Below are positions 56,593 through 64,000 of a DNA stretch of 64,000 bases, one piece after another. The position numbers and the translations under genes were made by a program. The first letter of the stretch is position 1, and the number at the start of each line of letters is the position of its first letter. The stretch is from the human T2T-CHM13v2.0 reference genome, Homo sapiens. The notes under the pieces were generated by a model. The model was not told the DNA's origin and did not search any database. It was given only the letters and a program-made list of their open reading frames with translations. Where the stretch lies: NCBI RefSeq assembly GCF_009914755.1, contig NC_060940.1; one strand, written 5' to 3'.

Positions 56593-59228
56593 TGTTCCTG
56601 CCACCCCCCAACACCCCCACCTTTTAAAAAAGGAGAAACTCAAAAGATTGATGTGCCCATTATCAAGTATCTGTGAATACCTACAACTTGTGAAGTTTAG
56701 CTTTAAGTTTTGTGATGAGTACAAAGAAATGAAATATACCTTTGTTTAGCTTCCTTCAAGTTTCCCTTCGCGAGTGCTGTGCCGTGCAGGGTGGGCAGCA
56801 CTGAAACCACTATAGTGGCCGAAGCAGGTGTTGAATGGCTGAAACATTTTGGCAGCTAGTCATGCACTAGATTGGAGAGGTAACTAAACACAGAGATGAA
56901 GTTAAACTATTAAATCCCAAATGATATGAATGACTACATGGCTGAATGAATGACACAGAAAAACACCAAACCAACAAACCCATAATCTGTATTTAGGAGA
57001 CAGATTATAGAGACCTCGAGTGCCAGCCCAAGGATGAATAGATGAATGCTGTAAACCATGCTTATTTTGTTAAAAAAAATTCTGTAATGGTTTGCTCTCT
57101 TGCACCACAAAATCCTTTTTCATTAATAATAGACTTCATTATTTAAATTTACTGCTGTAAATTTCAAATATCAAGCCTCTTGTGAATTATTACGGTTCTC
57201 TAAATAATAACAGCTAATACTTATTAATGAGGATTTAAGATATGTAAATTATGTAATTTATTAATGTAATCCCAATACAATGCAATAAGTAATACATGTG
57301 AGTCCACATCACTGTGATGATATTCTCAAAGCATTCCACTTCCTTGGTCTTTCTTCATTATTATGAAATAATTGATCAGTTTGTCATATGATATATAGTA
57401 AACTTAATAGTGACCCTGCCTGCCAGCAAAAACTTATATTTTACTTTTTCTACCTGTTTCCCCCTTTCCCCCATATCTTTCAACATCGACGCTATGAAAA
57501 TGAAATGCCATTCAAGATGAGATGCCATGTAGAATAGCATTATAGATTTGTCATCTAGCTAAATATCTTATAAAGTAATAAATACAACACTGCTACCCTT
57601 TTAATCTTTCTTTAATTTTTATCCAACTCTGGATTTGAGTGTAAAAACAGGCTGGTTGTACATAGAGCTAAAAATTGGGATGTAAAAATTTCCAGTGAAA
57701 TTATGACAGTTTTTTATATGGAGAAATATTTTAAATGTGTAAAAATAAACATATGTTATTTGATTCCAACATTGAATTACATCTGCTTACGGCATATGAT
57801 TCATGCGTACTGAATGCTGCTTTTGGCTTGGGTGATTATATGAAAGAATTTTGCTTATGTAACAGGGATATCGGTCTACTTAATAGGAGAATTATAAACG
57901 ACTTTATCCAAGGAAAACACCTTAGGATGGAGGAAGAGTGGGCTTTAATAATGTAGGCACACATTTCTGCCAATGATATAAATGTCCTCTTTTTTGTTGG
58001 AAGCTTCCCATGAGCAAAATTTGTTTCACATGACATTACATACCTTATTCAAATTTGCAGCCATAATCTTGTCAGAGTTGATTATCACATGATTGGAGCA
58101 GTAAAAAAAAAAATGAATTGGGGTTTAAACTTTTATGAAAAAGCACTTATATTGTGGAATAAGACTTTTTAATGGAGTATAGACATTAAACAGACCTTAT
58201 ATTAGGCTCTGAAATTAATGGGTCACTGTATAACTTTCTAGTTTTCATAGCTTGATAAGATTAATGCTTGCTTATATAGCAAATTCAATGGCTCATTTAA
58301 TTTCATATGAATGTTTAAAGTCAAATTGCGTTTGGATTAAGTCTAAACTCATTATTCATTTTAATGTCTGAAAGAACTTTCATTTTTCTTTCATTTTATT
58401 TAATCAAGTGCATCATCATTAAGTAAAGGCTAAGGACCTAGATAGCTAAAAATAATGTGAAAAGGAAATTTATTAATTTATATTGAAAAGGGACTTATTT
58501 GTTATGAAATTTATTTAATAGTATACCATGCTTATGTATGGTGCTATTTCAGAGAAGATGAGATATTTATAGGCTTTTTATCATGCTTTAAAGCCCCATA
58601 TTGAAAAGCTGCCTGTTTTGCTGCCTATTATTCAATGTGCATTCTTTGAGCAAAAATTACCATTGACTTTTATTTACATATTTTTAATTCAGTCTCTTAG
58701 TCTACAAACATTTATTCAGAACCTACAATCTGTAAATCACTGACCAAGCACTATCAGGATTCACTGATAAAAACCATTGCATATCTGACTTGAAAGAGCT
58801 AATGCATCCCAATAGAAGGGAACTTTACTTCAGAGGTCTGTGGAGTTCTCATCTGTATGATGAGGGGATTTTATTCAATGATGTCTACAGTCCCCTTCCA
58901 TCCTCAAGTTTTGTAATCTCATGGCTATATCATCCTGTGGGTTACGGACAGAAAAGGGGAAAAAAATAAATTGACCTTCAAATTTACAATATTGGTCATA
59001 TTAATACATCAATTATAAACAGAGACAACTATAATTATTAATTTCAGTATTCCTTTGAAATGTATAAAGCATATTGCCTTCTAGTTTATCATTTTATGTT
59101 GTACAAGTAACCATTATGATCTTCAGTTTGGATAACAGTTGTAATATGCATTTATTGATCATGTACTATATTTCTAGGATTTTGCTGAGTCCTATGAGAG
59201 CAGGAATGTGTTGGTCTCTCTTGGTCAC

Positions 59229-59601
59229 TGTATTAGTCTGTTCTCATGCTGCTAATAAAGACATACCTGAGACTGGGTAATTTATAAAGGAAAGAGGTTT
59301 AATTGACTCACAGTCCCACATGGCTGGGGAGGCCTCATAATCATGGCAGAAAGTGAAGGAGGAGCAAAGTCATGTCTTACGTGGTGGCAGGCAAGAGAGA
59401 GAATGAGAGCCAAGCAAAATGAGTTTTCCCTTATAAAACCATCAGCTCTTGTGAGACTTAATCACTACCATGAGAACAGTATGGGGGAAACAGCCCTCGT
59501 GATTCAATTATTTCCCACTGGGTCCCTCCCACAACACGTGGGAATTATGGGAGCTACAATTCAAGATGAGATTTGGGTGAGGACACAGCCAAATGACGTC
59601 A
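59229..59601 (-). mobile_element. Solo THE1 MaLR LTR inserted in an L2 3' end
   Basis: TGTATTAGTC...GGACACAGCCAAATGACGTCA; TSD GTCAC/GCCAC; L2 (GAAT)n tail at ~59650-59720. Confidence 0.92.
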
Positions 59602-60348
59602 GCCACTGTACTGTCCACATGGCCTATAATAGTGCTTGGCATGAGGTGAGTGATCAATAAATATTTGTAAAGTGAATGAACAAAATAGTGAATGAAAGAG
59701 TGAAGGAACAAGTGAATGAATGTTCTTATTTCCTTTACTCTTCATGAATAACTGAATGCAGTAGGTATTTTATATGCATTTTATAAATAATGTAACTGAA
59801 ATTTTGAAAGGTTAAGTGGCTTTCCCGATTAATACAGGTAGGACAATATGGCGGAGTTGGAACCTCAGTTACTCTTTGTTCTTTCCGTCTTGATGCACAC
59901 CAGAGATGCTGATTTTAAGATCATAGTGGTTCTCAACTTTGGCTATATATTTCAATCACCTAAACTACCCATGCCTGGATTCCACTGCAGACCAATTAAA
60001 TCAGCATTGCTGAGAGGTTGGACCTGGGCTTATGCATTTTTAAAACTTTCTCACAGTTCTAATGTCTGCTAGGGATTTGGTTCACTATGATCACAATCTC
60101 GACAATTGTATGAATAAAGACTATTAGCCTCCAAATTCCACTATTTAGAGACTGTAATTTTTCTCTATGTAATGCATTTGAGTTGGGATACCATAGCACC
60201 AGGATAAGAAGCTAGACAGCCAATGAAGTCTATTCACTAAGGCTGATTGGCCCCTCCTACTCACAGGTCTTGTGGTACAAGAGTTAAAATTACTAATTGG
60301 TGTATGTTTTAGCCTTACTTTCTCCCTATCTCCTTTCTTTCTTTCTTC

Positions 60349-60760
60349 TGTTAAAGAAAAAATATTCTGACGCTTGTTAAAAGAAGTCAGAAAGACTTTT
60401 TTCAAGACTATTGCAATAGGGGAGAAAGATCGAGCTTAGTTCCAAATACAACAAGGATAAATGAGGATTTACGGCCAATGAGCACAGCAAGAGGGTCGGT
60501 GGTTGGAGAATTCTCAAGAGGAGACATAGGGGATAGTCAGATGCTTGCTAGACTGGCCTAACAGGTTTCTTGCTAAAGAGAGGCCAAGGACTTAGACATC
60601 AAGGGTGGAGTATGGAGTATGAGGGACTTGATCAGATATCAAGAATGGAGAATTCTCCCCAAATTGACTTAGTAGAATTCTTGCTAAGGGCAGGCCAAGA
60701 TCAAGGCTAGTCGAGATAAGCAGCCTAACTAAAGTACGGTCAAGGAGGGGGAGTTTTTCT
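60349..60760 (-). mobile_element. MER31-like ERV1 LTR
   Basis: TGTTAAAGAAAA...GACTATTGCAATAGGGGAG...CCTAACTAAAGTACGGTCAAGGAG. Confidence 0.75.
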
Positions 60761-61203
60761 CTTCTTTTTTCCTTTCTCCCTTCCTTCCTCCCCACCCCCA
60801 CTTTTTTCTCCTTTTCTTCCACTAGTATTTTCTGTGCAAATCTAGGAGGAAAGACGTAAAACTTTGCCTTCAAAGAATATGATTTAGTGCAGTTCCTTCT
60901 GAATAGTCAAATCTACAAATGGTGAATCTGAGAATTCCAGAGATATATTGTAGTAGATTTCTCACCTGGATTGACCATCTCTCCCTAAATCGTAAATACA
61001 CTAAAGCCGCTGGTTCAGAGTTAATCTTGGCTCTTGACATCTTAAAATCTCCAATACACCTGTTTGTAATCAACACCTGGAGCGCTAGAGATTTACTGAA
61101 TGGGAATCCACAGGGAATGGAGTTGAAAACTTTGTATTCTTTTTTCCAGGCACTTGCAGGTGATTCTTAGGAACAGGTCAGTGTAGAAAACATTAGTAAA
61201 ACT

Positions 61204-61375
61204 CAGGGGTTCTTAAAAATATGATTCCCAGAGCAGTAACACCTGGAAACTTGTTATAAATGTACACATTTTCTGATCTCTTTCAGAACCACAGAATCAG
61301 AAACTCCAGGGTGGGGCCCAGCAATCTGTATTTTAGCAAGCCCATCAGATGCACACAAACATTTGAGAATCACTG
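61204..61375. mobile_element. MER5A (hAT-Charlie)
   Basis: CAGGGGTTCTTAAA...GAATCAGAAACTCCAGGGTGGGGCCCAGCAATCTG...TTGAGAATCACTG. Similar relics at ~49520-49720 and ~59920-60070. Confidence 0.75.
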
Positions 61376-63050
61376 ATAATAGAAGATAGTTTTGTATTGG
61401 GTCCTAAGGAGATAGGAGCATATCCGGTGCTCACACTTTTCTGAGATCCAGAGGGTTAAAGCAAAAGCAAATCAGCATTGCAGTTGTGGCAGTGGGAAGT
61501 CAGGGCGTGTATAGAAAGAAAGAAACTCAACAGGAAGGAGAGCTGTGGAAACTATCTAGACATTGTTCCTCTGTGGGCAGGGAAAGAACTTGAGGCACCA
61601 TCTACAGGAGTTACTTAGCAAGTGTGCTCATGTCTGTGGCTAGGCTGAGTGTGTTAAGAGGATGTTGATTTAGAGATGGTTTGAAATTAAATAACAGGAT
61701 TATTTTAGAAGCAGAAGAGATCCAAAATACGGTGTGGCAATCAGCTAGGAAGTTGGTTATGGAGTGGCATGGCCCGTATATCTGTAATACAGAATTTCTT
61801 AAACAGAAGAAGAAGAAGAATTTTGTGACATTTCTTATGAGAATTCTAATTCCCCTTCATCTCTTCCTACATAAAGCACAACGTGCTTTTTTTTTTCTCA
61901 GGTATATTGGCTTAGAGAAACATATTAGATAATGAATTATTCAGGGTGATTTCCTAGGCTGGCGGAGAGGCGCACCTGTCTGGGATGCTTATAGATTTGA
62001 TTAGATAACATTTGTCAGCTGCATCAGCCGCAGGTAACTCCTGACGAGAATTTATTTCCCTGTAGGTAGTGGAACGAAGCGATGTTCCAAATTTCATGGG
62101 GCTGCCGAAGAGGCTTGCAGGAGTGTCACGCCTAAGAGGCTGTACAACAGTTGTCAGGATAATCAGACTATTTGCAATCACCATTTTCTGCTCTTTTTTC
62201 CCCCTTAAGTACCTAAATGGAAATGTAAGATAGCCAAGAAGAGAAGACACGTGTGTGTGCTATACATAGATGATTTCCGGTCAAAATGTAATCGATTTAT
62301 AGTTTTGTTGATAAATTCCTGTGAGTACTTGTACTCTCTTTCCCTCTCTTGTGTGTCTTTGGGTGCAACTCTTGAATTATGAATACACAATGAGCCTTGC
62401 TGTTCCTGTCAAAAGCTTGTCTTCATATACCAAATTATAATACTTATACCCAGGAGATTTTCCATTTTGTGTAAAATGTCTTTTATTTTAGAAAGGTTTG
62501 CATTTTCTGAATATTTCTTTTGGAATTGCTTAAAAAATATATCTCCCAGAAAAGCCCAACTTTATTTATTGTGTTGGGTAGGAACCTCTGTGGTTTTGCT
62601 CTTAGCATCATCAATGAAAAGGTAGAGCTTAAATCACAGTATGTGAGAAAGTATTTGAGAGACAGAGTGCTTGGATTCAAATCCAGCTTCCCCACAGACA
62701 GGCCCTGGGAGACCTTAGGGAGGGTCCCTGGCCTTCCCCAGATGGCACCAGTGGCTACTTAAAACCAATGTTGTTGTATTAAATAGAATAATACATGCAA
62801 AGTGTTCTGGCTCAATGTTAATAGCTTTTCGTAAATGATAGTTTAAAACTTTGGTAAAAGGTAGCAAGGTAGAGTGGGAAGAGTGTGAGGTGGGGATTTG
62901 GAAAAGCTGGCTGTAAAATCTTTGTAATTTCCCTCTAGTCCACAGTTTTGTTATTTGTGCTGGGAAGGGTTTGAATTCAGTGGTTTCTAGGAGCTGCTCC
63001 AATGCTTGAATCTCACCATTCTATTAAAAGGACCCTAGGCCTACTTTGAG

Positions 63051-63094
63051 GAGAGAGAGAGAGAGAGAGCAAGAGAGAGAGAGAGAGAGAGCGA
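63051..63094. repeat. (GA)n microsatellite
   Basis: Direct reading. Confidence 0.92.
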
Positions 63095-63198
63095 GTGCAC
63101 ACCTACTTAACTAGCTGTTTCCTTCCTCCTCCCTTCTTCTCTCTTTTACTTTCATTTTTCTTACTCTCTCCCCCCAACTGCCCATTACTTTCATATGT

Positions 63199-63470
63199 CA
63201 ATTGGCCCTTTGTGTCCACAGATTCTGCATCTGAGGATTCAATCAGCCTCCGATGGAAAGTATCAAAACTACAACAATAGAAAATACAGTATTAACAATC
63301 ATTTACATAGCATTTATATTGTATTAGGTATTCTAAGTAATCTAGAAATAATTTAAAGTATACGATAGGGTGTGAGACCGTCTCCTATCAGGGACTTGAG
63401 CATCTGGCAGATTTTGGTATCCTTGGGAGGTCCTTGAACCAACCTTGCATGGATACCGAGGGACAACTGT
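63199..63470 (-). mobile_element. MER2-type Tigger relic
   Basis: CAATTGGCCCTTTGTGTCC...GGATACCGAGGGACAACTG termini. Confidence 0.8.
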
Positions 63471-63894
63471 ACATGTCTTTCCTTCTCCCCTTAATGTGTC
63501 ACCCCAACATTTATGACATCAGAGAGAAGCGTCAATATAGAAAATTGAATTTCTTCCTAAAAGAACTGGTTCAGCAACCCCTTGTTACCAAGCCAGAAAT
63601 TTCCACATTGTGCCTGGAACCATGCCATTGACAGACATTAAGATGACAGCAACTACTTGAGTCCATGAAATCAGGGTTTGTTGGGACTTTTGGATTTGCA
63701 TCAGGGCTGAATAAGGTTGATTCAGTTTGGAACTTCAAGTGGAGCTCAAAGTGCTGTGGTCAATTCGGGTTGTGAAAACATAAATCTTAGATCTCCCTCA
63801 TCCTAAGAGAAAGGGAAAAAAAACCTATCACTTATTTGGTGGATTCTTAGTATTAAGCCACAAGGGTATTGTTTAGATAATTATGTTTAAGTGT

Positions 63895-64000
63895 GTGGAT
63901 TAGTCTGTTCTCACACTGCTATAAGATACTGCCAGAGACTGGGTAATTTATAAAGGAAAGTGGTTTAATTGACTCACGGTTCTGCAGGCTTAACAGGAAG
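63895..64000 (-). mobile_element. MST/THE1 MaLR LTR, cut by window edge
   Basis: ATTAGTCTGTTCTCACACTGCTATAA...GACTGGGTAATTTATAAAG. Confidence 0.85.

Overview
Primate (human-like) nuclear DNA: AT-rich, repeat-dense, apparently intergenic or intronic, with no recognisable host protein-coding exon. Nearly all ORFs in the track come from L1, Alu, LTR or low-complexity sequence. Main elements are an L1PA5/6-type LINE-1 (1-5526, minus strand, running off the left edge) whose ORF1 is still fully open, and a full-length, TSD-flanked L1PA7-type element (40631-47354) with an AluY inside its endonuclease region and an open 72-codon antisense ORF0 homologue. There are also many Alus, old L1/L2/MIR fragments, solo LTRs (LTR8, THE1, MSTA, MER31) and DNA-transposon relics. 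Features ordinary repeat annotation does not explain: (i) a 324-bp TSD-flanked, polyadenylated orphan retrocopy or transduction at 29164-29523; (ii) a five-unit compound array at 53944-54895 in which (TATC)n tracts alternate with a ~128-bp core in A-B-A-B-A order; (iii) a TSD-flanked tailless tRNA-Cys retropseudogene at 51280-51381; (iv) a 1.1-kb strand-skewed CAC-based minisatellite; (v) several enhancer-like unique segments. I found no convincing new multi-gene system. Repeat subfamily names were recognised by eye and should be confirmed with RepeatMasker/Dfam.
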